A stretch of 64,000 bases of DNA from an uncultured Gemmatimonadales bacterium (GTDB taxonomy: Bacteria; Gemmatimonadota; Gemmatimonadetes; Longimicrobiales; RSA9): positions 31,525-95,524 of the forward strand of contig CAWCRS010000009.1 of the NCBI GenBank assembly GCA_963798085.1, read 5' to 3'. This document shows, in pieces, positions 17,919 through 28,652 of this stretch (within the stretch, counting starts at the first letter, position 1; each line of letters opens with the position of its first letter). Made by a program: the position numbers and the translations under genes. The notes beneath the pieces are model-generated. The model was not told the origin of the DNA. It did not search any database and saw nothing but the letters and a program-made list of their open reading frames with translations.

Positions 17919-18881
17919 TCAGGCGAGCACGACGCCCGCTACAATGGTGCCCACGAGTGCAATCGCCAGCAGCGCCGGATAGATCAGGGAAAGCCCACCG
18001 GTCTTGAGCGCGGTCAGCCACCAGCGCTGGCCGTACACGCGGTGCAGGGCGAGGGGAAGATACAGCAGCAGCCAGAACAGCAGCAGTACCCGCAGGAATG
18101 GCCCCGCAAACAGGTTCGCGGTGAAGAGCAGGAAGGCAAAGGCGTGCAGGTGCAGCGCGAACACGAAGTGTTCCACGTAGTAGCGATGTGCGCGGAAGTA
18201 GAAGAGTGTGAGCAACAGTGCGAACACGGGCAGCAGCACGAACATCGCGGTCGGCGCGCGCTGCAGCAGGCCGGCCAGCAGCTGCCGTCCAGCCTGGGCG
18301 GGCGTGAGACCCCTCATGCGGCGCACGCGCACGAGGAAGAGACTGTCCAGGCGAGGAATCCCGGTGTCGATCATGACTTCGCGTGTCCAGTCACCATGGA
18401 AGTCACTCGCCAGTGCCTCGGGTGCGATCCAGATGCCGAAGCGTCTTGACCGTCCCGCCCGCCCGGCGGCAGCGGCGAGCGACTCGCTGGCTGCCTCCGC
18501 GCGCAGGCTGTCCGCCGCGGCGGCAATCTCCGCACCGATCGACTCGAGACTGCGCGAGCGACGGACGTGCGTGACCAGGGAAAGGGTAAGGAAGAAGACG
18601 AGGCTGGCTGCGAGATAGAGGCGGAATGGCGCGACATAGGAGGCAATGCGCCCGCTCACGTACTCGTTCGTCAGATGACCGGGCCGCAACAACAGCGCGC
18701 GCACCGTACGCGGCAACGTCGCATTGATCGAAAGCTGATCCTCCAGCACGTCGGCCAGCAGCGAGCGCATGGAGACCCGCACATTGCCTTTGCGCTGTCC
18801 GCAGTGCGGGCAGAAGCGGCCCGGACTGGTGTCGCCGCAGTTGCGGCAGGGTTCGCGGCTCCAGTCGGCGCGAGCAGCCAC
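17919..18881 (-). CDS. DUF3667 domain membrane protein
   Basis: CRNC...FCPHCGQ zinc ribbon, LLLRPGHLTNEY..G....Y..PFRLYL, YVEHFVFALH. Confidence 0.88.
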   Translation of the reverse strand: MAARADWSREPCRNCGDTSPGRFCPHCGQRKGNVRVSMRSLLADVLEDQLSINATLPRTVRALLLRPGHLTNEYVSGRIASYVAPFRLYLAASLVFFLTLSLVTHVRRSRSLESIGAEIAAAADSLRAEAASESLAAAAGRAGRSRRFGIWIAPEALASDFHGDWTREVMIDTGIPRLDSLFLVRVRRMRGLTPAQAGRQLLAGLLQRAPTAMFVLLPVFALLLTLFYFRAHRYYVEHFVFALHLHAFAFLLFTANLFAGPFLRVLLLFWLLLYLPLALHRVYGQRWWLTALKTGGLSLIYPALLAIALVGTIVAGVVLA

Positions 18882-19477
18882 CAGCAGACGGGTCAGCCCG
18901 GGCAGGCTGCGGGCAGGTCCGCAACCACGGAACCACCGCTGCCCCCGAGCAAGGGACGGGCGTCCGGCTCAAGCCTGTCGTTGTGATCGCCCGATCTGCT
19001 CCGCACTGACGTCGAAATGCAGCTCAGCCGCGTGGCGCGCCCCGGCCGACCGCCCGGGCCCACGAACCGGGTCGGAGGCCGCCGTCCGTGCGGTCCACCC
19101 CGCCGGCCGGGTGGCGGGCGGCAGGTCCCGGACAGGCTTGGGGAGCGTCGGGCCGGGCGCGGCCGTGATCCTGTCACCAGCCTGGACCCGCGATCCCAAG
19201 CACTTGCAAAGCAACAGCCTGCGACACGTGCGCGCCGGTGGGCAGACCTGTGTCGTCGCTTTCGACAAGCGCATGCGCATCCCGTTACTGGAGGGGATTC
19301 CTGTACGGCGTCACGAGCGCCGATCCTTGGAACATGCGGCCCGCGCGGCGCGCCGCAACCAAGCCCCCTGGCCCCCCGCCTGTGCAAATCGTCCGCTGCC
19401 GGTCGTCGATCCTGGCAGGAGGCGGCAGCTTGTACACGTTGTGTCCGTTGGTGGCACGAACAACGAAGGAGTTCGCG

Positions 19478-20135
19478 ATGCGGCGAGCATGGTATCTGGC
19501 AGGCTGGGGCTATGTCGCGGTTTCCGGCGCACTGGTGGTGCGGCACACACAGCATGCATCGCCTGCGCCCCGGCCGCTGCCGGCGGCCCCTTCGGCCGTG
19601 GTGATTCCACCTCTGAACATCCCCACCCGCAGGTCCGCCGCCCGCGCCGCCCGAGCCGTTGCGCCCGCCGATCGCGGTCACGACGGGTGATTCCTGGTTC
19701 GAGTCGGTGCGCCCGCGCTGCAACGCGCTGGAGGTCGAGCTGACCATGCAGAACAGCCCGCCGCCTGAAGGCTGGGAAGGGCAGGCGTGGGGCGCTTCGT
19801 GCTGGGCGGTCGCCGGAAGGCTGGACAAGGCGAAGCTCGTGCTGGATGCGCTGCCGGCGGACCAGCGCTATGCCGCGGCGGGCATCGTGTTCAACGTGGG
19901 CCACCCCATCGCGGATGCCGGCGATGATCGTTCGGCCGGTCCCATCATGCAGCTCGTCGTCGAGTATCAGCCGGACAACTACATGGCGCTGTATCACGCG
20001 GGCATGTCCTACTACGCGGTAGGCGAGCCGGCGCTGGCGAAGAAGCATCTCGAAGACTTCCTGCAGCGCTACTCGGAGCAGGATGGCTGGCGCTCGAACG
20101 CGCTGGAAGTGCTGAAGCGGCTGAACGGCGGGTGA
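19478..20135 (+). CDS. Membrane-anchored TPR-like protein, frameshift near 19650
   Basis: MRRAWYLAGWGYVAVS start behind GAAGGA joins the WFESVRPRCNALEV...NYMALYHAGMSYY frame. Confidence 0.6.
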
Positions 20136-20141
20136 GCGGCC

Positions 20142-21135
20142 ATGCGCATGACGAAGAGTGACCGTTGCCTGGTGTGCGGCGCTGCGGACGCGCTGGGCCT
20201 GGGCCTGTGCGCCGACTGCGCGGGGGGCCGTACGCGCCAGGATGTGCTGGTGTTCCTGCGCCGTTCCGGCGCCGCTGAGCGCGCGGACGCCCGCGACCGA
20301 CTAACCGGCATGTTAGGAGATCGCGTGGACTCGCCCGATGGCCGGCGTGTGGTGCGCGGCGACCTGCCGCTGGTGCGGCTGGCGCCGGTCATCGCGCTGC
20401 ACCTGGTCGATGCGCTGGAACAGCAGGGCCTGCACACGCGCACGGTAGCGGTGCGCCAGGCGTGGACGGCAATGCCGGGACACTTCTTCCTGCTGCTGCT
20501 GGCCATACCCTTCGTGGGCGGCATGGCGAGCGCTACGGGTGTGCCCGCCCTGGCCTGGGTGAGCCCGGCACTGGCCATGGGAATGGTGCTGGTGGCGCAG
20601 CGCTCACTGCGGCCGCTGCTGCGGGCGCCGGCGGGCGGGGAGGCTGTCCCCCGCATTGACGCGGATCTGCTGGCCGCGCTGGCGCAGCTGCCGCCCGATG
20701 GGCGGGCCCGCGAGCTGCTGGCCGAGCTGCTGCGCATCTGCGCGCCCGCTGGCAGCGACGCTGGACAGCGAAGGCGATCCGGGCGCCCTGCGGCCGTCTT
20801 TAACAGAATTGTTAGGGGCTGCGTCGGCCACGGCGCTGGAAGTCGACCGGCTGGAAGCGACGGCGCTGGTAGTGGGCTCGGAGCTGGAGAAGCGACCCGA
20901 TGGCAGCGAAGCGCCGCGCATGCGCGAAGCCGTGACCCGCTGCAGCACGGCGGCCGGCACGGGAATACAGCGTCTGCTGGAGGCGGTAGCCGCGGTGGCA
21001 GGGATTGCGGGCAGGGCCGCGGCCCTGGACAGCGGCGCCTCTTCCCGGCTGGCGGCACTAACGCGCGATTTGCAGCAGGATGCGGAGCAGCGCGAGGCGG
21101 CGCTGCGCGAGGTGAATCAGCTGCTGCACACCTGA
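20142..21135 (+). CDS. Hypothetical membrane protein with N-terminal Cys motif, frameshift near 20750
   Basis: CLVC...CADC, two TM segments; continues in the 20656-21135 frame ending ALREVNQLLHT. Confidence 0.55.
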
Positions 21136-21142
21136 AACGAGG

Positions 21143-22358
21143 TCAGCGGGGCGTCTCCAGCACCGGCTCCGGGGTGAAGTGCAGGGGCCGGCCATGCGCG
21201 CGCAGGGCGGGGTGCAGCGCCAGCGCCGTCGCCACCAGCAGCACCGGCGTGCACACGAGCGCGGCACTGCGTGCGCCCACGACATCACCCATGACACCCG
21301 CGCCCAGCACGCCCATTGCGCCGGTGGCCCAGGCCAGGCCCATCACGATACCGGACCCCACGGCGGCGCCCGACGGCATGATCTCCTGCGCCATGACCAC
21401 GATGGGCGGGAGTAGTGCCATGCCCGTGCAGCCGGCTGCGAACGCGGCCATCAGCGCGAGCGCGGAACCGGCGGGCAGGGCCACGGCCATCAGGTGCGCG
21501 GGCAGCGAGAGCGCGGTCAGCGAGGCGAGCGCCGTGCGCCGGTCCGCGCGATCCGCGAGCATGCCGCCCAGCAGACTCCCCGCGGCCTGGCCGGCCAGGT
21601 ACGATGCTCAGCATGAGGGCACCCACCGCCTCTGATGCGCCGGCCGTGCTCGCCGCAATCGGCTCCATGGTGAGATAGACCCGTTGCACGAAGGCGCTGA
21701 TGGCGCTGACGCCGAACAGCAGACCCAGCGGTCCGCGCAGCAGTCGCAGGATGCCGCGCAGATCCGGTGGACTCGCGCTGCGCTGCGCGTGGGAGGGTGG
21801 CAGAATCAGGAAGAGCAGCGGTGCTGCCACGAGCGCGGGCAGCATGGCGAGCCACATGTGACCCAGACCCAGCCATGACGCGAGACCCACTGCGATGAGC
21901 GGGCCCGCCGCGTACCCTGTGGAGCCGCCGAACGAGAATACGGAATAGCGCAGCCCGCTGCCGCCCCGGCCCAGCCGCGTGGCAATGGAGGCGCCCGTGG
22001 GATGGAACGCCGCACTGCCCAGCCCGCCGAATGCGAGCAACAGCAACAGCATGCCGAACCCCGGCGCCACGCCGATCAGCGAGAGGAACACACCGGACAG
22101 CAACGGACCGATCGCCACCAGCGCGCGCGCATCGCGCCGGTCCGCCACCCAGCCCATCAGCGGCTGCAGCAGAGAGGACGCGACCGACAGCGTGGTCGTG
22201 AGCACGGCGGCCAGCGCGATCGACAGCCCGAGCTTCTGCATGATGCGTGGCAGGAGCGGATGCAGGAACGCCGAGTACGCATCGACGATGCCATGCGCCG
22301 TCGCCACCATGATGGTGAGCGCAATCGCGTGCTGCATCCCGTTCCTGGTGCGGGACAT
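21143..22358 (-). CDS. MFS transporter (Fsr-like), frameshift near 21600
   Basis: HGIVDAY, QPLMGWVADR, GLGSAAFHP, FSFGGSTGYAAGP; C-terminal part in ORF 21143-21562. Confidence 0.88.
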
Positions 22359-22475
22359 GTGCTGCCTGTCTGCAAGTCCTGGCCTCGCCGTTGGGAGCGG
22401 AGGTTCGACAGCGCGGCAAGAGACGCTGTCCAGACCAGGTTGTCCACCCCTTGTCGCCCGGTGGAGCTGGCCCCC

Positions 22476-22507
22476 AAAAAAGGCCCCGGAGCTTTCGCTC
22501 CGGGGCC
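22476..22507 (-). terminator. Intrinsic terminator of the OmpA-family gene
   Basis: Minus strand GGCCCCGGAGC-GAAA-GCTCCGGGGCC followed by TTTTTT. Confidence 0.85.
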
Positions 22508-22540
22508 GAAGGCGCCTCCGCCACCTGACTGATGGGAAGT

Positions 22541-23230
22541 TCAGTTCGTGACGGGTCGCACAGCCAGCGGGTCACCCGAGTAGTCGATGACGAGCGAAAC
22601 GCGACGATTCTGCATGCCATCCGCGCCCGGTCCCTTGGCACCCGGCACGATCTGGCGATCCCGCGATTCTCCGTAGCTCACGACCTTCAGGGCGTCACCC
22701 GAAAGACCCTGCTGCACCAGATAATCCTTCACGGCGCTCGCCCGCTTCTGGCCCAGCCGCATGTTGTACGCGGTGCTGCCTGCCGGATCCGCGAACCCCT
22801 CGACCGTGACCACTGCGTTGGGATAGAAGTCCTTCACGACGCTCGCGAACTTCGTCAGCACCGGCTGATCCTGCTGCCGCAGGTCGGCGCTGTTGAACTC
22901 GAAATTCACGGGAACGTCGAAGGACAGCTGTCCCTTGAGCTGCTCGATCTGCGCGTTGAAGTCGCTGCGCAGCGTCTGCAGCTCCTGCTCGAGCGCGGCC
23001 GTCTTCTGCTCGAGCGATGACACGCGACCGTCCATCGCCGTGACTTTCTGATCCACCTGGGCCGTCTGCGCCTGCGACGCCTGATCGCCAGACTGCATTT
23101 CCTGGCGAAGCTGCGCCATTTGCGCGTCCATGTCCTTGCGCTTGGCGTAGCCACAGCCGGTCATGCCGACCAGCATCAGCACCAGTGCGCCCCGTCCTGC
23201 AATGACCAGACTGTTCCTGCGTGCCAACAT
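22541..23230 (-). CDS. OmpA-family peptidoglycan-binding lipoprotein with coiled-coil N-terminus
   Basis: Lipobox MTGC; VNFEFNSADL, VEGFADPAG...YNMRLGQKRA, NRRV. Confidence 0.93.
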   Translation of the reverse strand: MLARRNSLVIAGRGALVLMLVGMTGCGYAKRKDMDAQMAQLRQEMQSGDQASQAQTAQVDQKVTAMDGRVSSLEQKTAALEQELQTLRSDFNAQIEQLKGQLSFDVPVNFEFNSADLRQQDQPVLTKFASVVKDFYPNAVVTVEGFADPAGSTAYNMRLGQKRASAVKDYLVQQGLSGDALKVVSYGESRDRQIVPGAKGPGADGMQNRRVSLVIDYSGDPLAVRPVTN

Positions 23231-23389
23231 TCTCGCACCTCCGTCAACATCGTCGAGTGAGAACCATCGCCCGCGCTGCCCTGACCCGAGCCGCCGTATT
23301 CCCGGGCGCGCAGCCGTTGCCGGAATCCCCGTTGTTCCGACGCGGGCGCAACGCCCGGGCTCGCGGTCGAAACGTCGAGAATCGGGTTA

Positions 23390-23439
23390 TGCAAGCAGCA
23401 TGCCCTGTCCGCCAAATCATTGTTAGTGAAATACTTACA
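23390..23439 (-). promoter_or_regulatory. Putative sigma54 promoter with AT-rich upstream element
   Basis: Minus strand GGGCATGCTGCTTGCA (GG-N10-GC) preceded by TGTAAGTATTTCACTAACAATGATTTGG. Confidence 0.55.
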
Positions 23440-23741
23440 TGATGGACTCAAAAACAGGACAGGCAAGCCGCTCGGGCCCGGCAACGTCGGGCGTGAGGCC
23501 GCTCTCCGGCATGGCAACCGTAACCTGAGTTCCATGCCGCCGGCCCGAGGCGAGACGATCGCCCGCGCCGTATGCGGCGAGGCAGGCGGTGCCACGGTCC
23601 GCGGTGGGAACCTGCGCCTCGCCTCCGTACATTAAAAGACCAGCCGCGCCAGATGAGAAGTCATGATCAAGCCGGAACTTCAAGCCCGGCCGGCAGTCTG
23701 TCCGGGCAATCGACCGTTCACCCGGAACCGCGAAGGGTGTC

Positions 23742-24662
23742 ATGCTGATCCTGAGATCCACGGGCATTCGCTCATCCGAGATCACTCCCGAATCCGTGTA
23801 CCTGGACCGGCGCCGGTTTCTGGGTACGGCCGCGCTGGGCGCTGCGGCCGCGGTGCTGGGCGGTGCCAGCCCGCTGCTGGCGGAAGGGCAGCAGGGGCAG
23901 GACAAGCCCAACACCTGGGAGGACATCACCACCTACAACAACTTCTACGAGTTCGGGACCGGGAAAGGCGATCCGGCGGAGAACGCACACACGCTGAAGC
24001 CTCGACCGTGGACCGTTGTGGTGGAGGGTCTGTGCGCGAAGCCGGCGACCTACCAGCTCGAGGACTTCATCAAGCCCTTCACGCTCGAGGATCGCGTGTA
24101 CCGCCATCGGTGCGTGGAAGCCTGGTCCATGGTGATCCCGTGGCGAGGCTTTCCACTGCGCAACGTGATCGAGCGGGCACAGCCCACGAGCGACCGCGAA
24201 GTACGTGGAGTTCATCACGCTGCTGGATCCGGTGCAGATGCCCGGCGAGCGCAGAGGTGTCCTGGACTGGCCCTACAACGAGGGTCTGCGACTCGATGAG
24301 GCCATGCATCCGCTGGCGCTGCTCGTGACCGGGCTGTACGGCAAGGATCTGCCGAACCAGAACGGCGCGCCGCTACGTCTGCACGTGCCCTGGAAGTACG
24401 GCTTCAAGAGCATCAAGTCGATCGTGAAGATCCGCTTCGTCGAACAGCAGCCGAACACCGCATGGATGAAGGCGGCGTCGAACGAGTACGGCTTCTACGC
24501 GAACGTGAATCCGAACGTGGACCACCCGCGCTGGAGCCAGAAGACGGAGCGTCGCATTGGCGAAGGTCTGTTCGCGCGGCGGCAGCCGACGCTGATGTTC
24601 AACGGCTATGCGGATCAGGTGGCGCAGATGTACAGGGCATGGACCTGAGGAAGTTCTTCTGA
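23742..24662 (+). CDS. msrP: Protein-methionine-sulfoxide reductase catalytic subunit, frameshifted
   Basis: [60 protein letters not shown]; frameshifts near 24195 and 24635. Confidence 0.93.
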
Positions 24663-24665
24663 GCG

Positions 24666-25367
24666 TGGCAACGGGAACGCGCACCGCACCTGCCGATCAG
24701 CCTCAGTCATGAAGTCCGCCACACTCGTCCGGCGGCGTGCTCAAGCCGCTGCTCTGGGTCGGCTGTCTCACGCCACTCGGCATTCTCATCGTGCGCGGGT
24801 TCCGCCAGGATCTCACCGCGAATCCGGTCGAGATGGTGGACGAACTGGACCGGGTACAGCGCGCTCACGCTTCTGCTGGTGACGCTGGCGGTCACGCCGT
24901 TGCGGCGGCTCAGCGGGTGGAACGACGCTGATCAGGCTGCGCCGCCTCACCGGCCTGTTCGCTTTCTTCTACGTCTGCCTGCATTTCCTGACCTACATCG
25001 TGCTGGACCAGTTCTTCTACGTGGCGAACGATTGTCGAGGACGTCGACGAAGCGGCCGTACATCACGGTCGGTTTCACGGCGTTCCTGCTGCTGCTGCCG
25101 CTGGCGTTCACGTCGACACGGGAGCTGGATCCGCCGGCTGGGCAGGCGCTGGCAGACACTGCACCGCCTGGTGTACGTGGCCGCGTCGCTGGGCGTGATG
25201 CATTTCTATCTGGAAGGTCAAGCTGGACACGCGAGAGCCGCTCATCTTCGCCGGCGTCCTGCAGCGCTGTTAGGCTTCCGCCTGGCGTGGCGGCTGCTGT
25301 CCCGCGGCGAGCGTGCCCGTGCCCGCCCGCTCGCGCCCGCACCGGCATGGTGGCTGCCGTCGATTGA
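24666..25367 (+). CDS. msrQ: Protein-methionine-sulfoxide reductase heme subunit, several frameshifts
   Basis: Fragments LTANPVE, TLAVTPLRR, KRPYITVGFTAFLLLLPLAFTS, WQTLHRLVY directly after msrP; start approximate. Confidence 0.85.
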   Translation, partial: WQRERAPHLPISLSHEVRHTRPAACSSRCSGSAVSRHSAFSSCAGSARISPRIRSRWWTNWTGYSALTLLLVTLAVTPLRRLSGWNDADQAAPPHRPVRFLLRLPAFPDLHRAGPVLLRGERLSRTSTKRPYITVGFTAFLLLLPLAFTSTRELDPPAGQALADTAPPGVRGRVAGRDAFLSGRSSWTRESRSSSPASCSAVRLPPGVAAAVPRRACPCPPARARTGMVAAVD

Positions 25368-25485
25368 CCGGACTCGCGCATCCGCTCCTTGCGAGGCCGG
25401 GACTGCGATGCTTGTTCGACGTGCCCGGCGGCGCTCCGGCGTTGGCGCGGGTGCCGTTGCCGTGTTTCCTTCCGGAGGTCGACTC

Positions 25486-28400
25486 ATGCACCGCCCGCTG
25501 AAGTTCGCTCTGGTCCTTCTGCCAGGAATGGCCATTGGCCATGCGCTCGCGCCCGCATCCGCGCAGGCGCAGGGAGCGCGTCCACCGATGATGTCGGCGG
25601 TGGACAGCGCGTTCTTCCGAGGACTCCAATACCGACTCGTCGGGCCCTCACGCGGCGGGCGCGTCACCACGGTGACCGGCGTGCCCTCGCAGCCCCGCAC
25701 CTTCTATATGGGGGTCGCCTGCGGCGGGCTCTTCCGCACCATGGACGGCGGCGAGACGCTGGGGCCCGATCACGGACGGCAAGGTGCCGGTCGGCTCCTC
25801 CGGCTCGGTCGCGGTCGCGGAGTCGGACCCGAACATCATCTGGTACGGCACGGGCTCCGACGGCGTCCGCAGCAACGTCTCCACCGGACGCGGGGTGTAC
25901 CGCTCCACCGACGGCGGGAAGACCTGGTCATTCGCGGGGCTGTACAACGCCGGCCAGATCGGCGCGGTGCGCATCCACCCCACGGACCCGAACACGGCCT
26001 GGGTCGCGGCCTACGGCGACGCGTTCTCGAAGAACGCCGAGCGCGGGATCTTCAAGACGACGGACGGCGGGAAGACGTGGCGCAAGACGCTCTATCGTCT
26101 CGGACTCGGTCGGCGCCATGGACGTCGAACTCCAACCGGGGAACCCATACGTCGTCTACGCCTGGATGGGCCGGCTGGAGCGGAAGCCGTGGACGATCAT
26201 CAGCGGCGCCGCCGCGAGGGCGGCTTCTACAAGAGCACCGACGGCGGCGACACTGGACGCAAGATCATGACGGCGGCTCCCGTCGAGCTGATCGGCAAAG
26301 GGAACCTGGCGGTCACGGCGGCCAATCCGCAGTCGCATCTACGCGCTCGTCGAGGCCAAGCCGGGCGGCGGGCTCTATCGCTCGGATGACGCGGGACAGT
26401 CATGGTCGCTGGTCAATTCCAGCGGCGCGCTGATGCAGCGGCCCTTCTATTACATGACGCTCGGCGCCGATCCCACCAACGCGGACGTCGTCTACGGCGG
26501 CGCCGAGGGGTTCTACAAGTCGACCGACGGCGGGAAGACGATGACGCCGATGCGCACGCCGCATGGCGACAACCACGACATCTGGATCAACCCGCGCGAC
26601 GGGAACACGATGATCCAGTCGAACGACGGCGGCGCCAACGTCTCGTTCGACGGCGGCGCGCACGTGGTCGACGCAGATGAACCAGCCGACGTCGGAGATC
26701 TACGGCGTCTGGATGGACGACGAGTTTCCGTACCGCATCTACGGCGCGCAGCAGGACGCGACGACGGTCATCCTGATCGTCGGTCGCCAACCCGTACTCG
26801 CGCGGCGACTGGCGCAGCGGGCCGGGGTGCGAGACGGGGCCGATCATGCCGCACCCGGAGAATCCGCAACATGGTCTACGGCGCGTGCAAGGGCCAGTTC
26901 GGACGATGAACATGAAGACGGAGCAGCAGAAGAACTACTGGGTGGGCGCGCAGTCGCTGTACGGCAACCCGGCAGCGGACCTGATCTACCGCTTCCAGCG
27001 CGTGTCCCCGATGGAGACGTCGCCCAACGATCCGAAGGTGGTGTACTACGGCTCGCAGTACCTGCACCGCTCGCGCGACAAGGGGGTCACGTGGGAGAAG
27101 ATCTCGCCCGACCTCACCGCGCATCCGGCGTGTTGCCAGGGCGCGAGCGGCGAGCCGATCACGCGCGACGTCACGGGCGAGGAGTTCTACAGCACGCTCT
27201 ACGCGATCACCGAGTCGCCGCTGCGAGCCGGGCGTGATCTGGACGGGCTCCAACGACGGGCCCGTTCTTCCTCACGCGCGACAACGGCAAGACGTGGAAG
27301 AACATCACGCCGAAGGACCTCCCCGAGGCGGCCGCGTCGCCTGGATCGACGCCTCGCCGCACCGCCGGGGCTCGGCCTACTACGCGGTCTACCGCTACCT
27401 GCTCGGCGACTTCGCGCCGTACATCTACCGGACGGACGACTACGGCGCGACGTGGAAGCGGCTCACCGACGGGAAGAACGGCATCCCGGCCGACTGGCCC
27501 ACGCGCGTGGTGCGCGAGGACCCGGACCGCGAGGGACTGCTCTACGCGGGCACGGAGTTCGGGCTGTTCATCTCGTTCGACAACGGCGGGCACTGGCAGC
27601 CGTTCCAGCTCGAACATGCCGAACGTGCCGATCAACGACATCAAGGTCTACCAGAAGGATCTGGTGGTCGCGACGCAGGGGCGCGCGATCTGGATGCTGG
27701 ACGACCTGACGCCGCTGCACCAGCTGACGCCGCAGCTGGCGGCGACGGCGGCGCACCTGTTCAAGCCGCGCGACGGTTACCGCACGCGCACCGGGGCGAA
27801 CATTCTGGGTCGCTGCCATGGAGTATTTCCTCCCCGGCGCTCGACGGGCTCTGTGACGCTGGACATCCTCGACAGCGGCGGCAAACTGATCCAGTCCTAC
27901 AACAGCGAGGCGCCTCCTCCGTCCGGTGGCGGTCGCCGTGGTGGCGGCGGCGGTGGGGGTGGTGAGGAAGAAGGCGGCGGTGGTGGCGGGTTCGGCCGCG
28001 GTGGCTCAGCGGCAGGCCTCAATCGCGTGACGAAGAGCGCGGGCATGAACCGGTTCGTGTGGGATCCGCGTTACCCGGGTCCGCTGAGCGCGCAGGGCAG
28101 GCCCGCGGGCAACGGCCCCGTCGCGCCACCGGGACAGTACACAGCGAAGTTGACGGTGGGCGACGTGGTGCAGACGCAGTCGTTCACTCTGCTCATCGAT
28201 CCGCGCATTGCCGCCGAGGGCATTACCATTGCCGATCTGCGTGCGCAGTTCGACCACAACATGAAGACGCGCGATCTGGTGAGCGATGTGAATCGCGTGG
28301 TGGCGCGCGTCGAAGCGGCGCAGAAGCGCCTGGCCAGCGCCGGCGGTGCGGCCGCCGACACCGCGAAGCAGCTCGAGCCCATCGCCGACGAACTGCTGAC

Positions 28401-28600
28401 GCCGCCCATCCGCTACAGCAAGCCGGGGCTGCGCGACCACATCACGTACCTCAACGGCATGACCAACAGCGTGGACCAGAAAGTCGGCCGCGACGCCATC
28501 GAGCGCTATCAGACACTGCGCAAGGAACTGGATGACATGAAGGCGAAGCTGAACCGCGTGCTCGGTCCGGAAAGGCGCAGGGCGGGAATCGCGGGACCTG
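25486..28600 (+). CDS. VPS10/BNR-repeat (sortilin-like) secreted protein, heavily frameshifted
   Basis: YRLVGPSRGGRVT, multiple STDGGKTW boxes, HGDNHDIWINP, NDGG, LYAGTEFG, ATQGRA; end approximate. Confidence 0.85.
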
Positions 28601-28652
28601 AGGGAGTGTGCGGCTGCCGGGTGAGCCGGCGGCGGCAGCCAACACGGTCCGA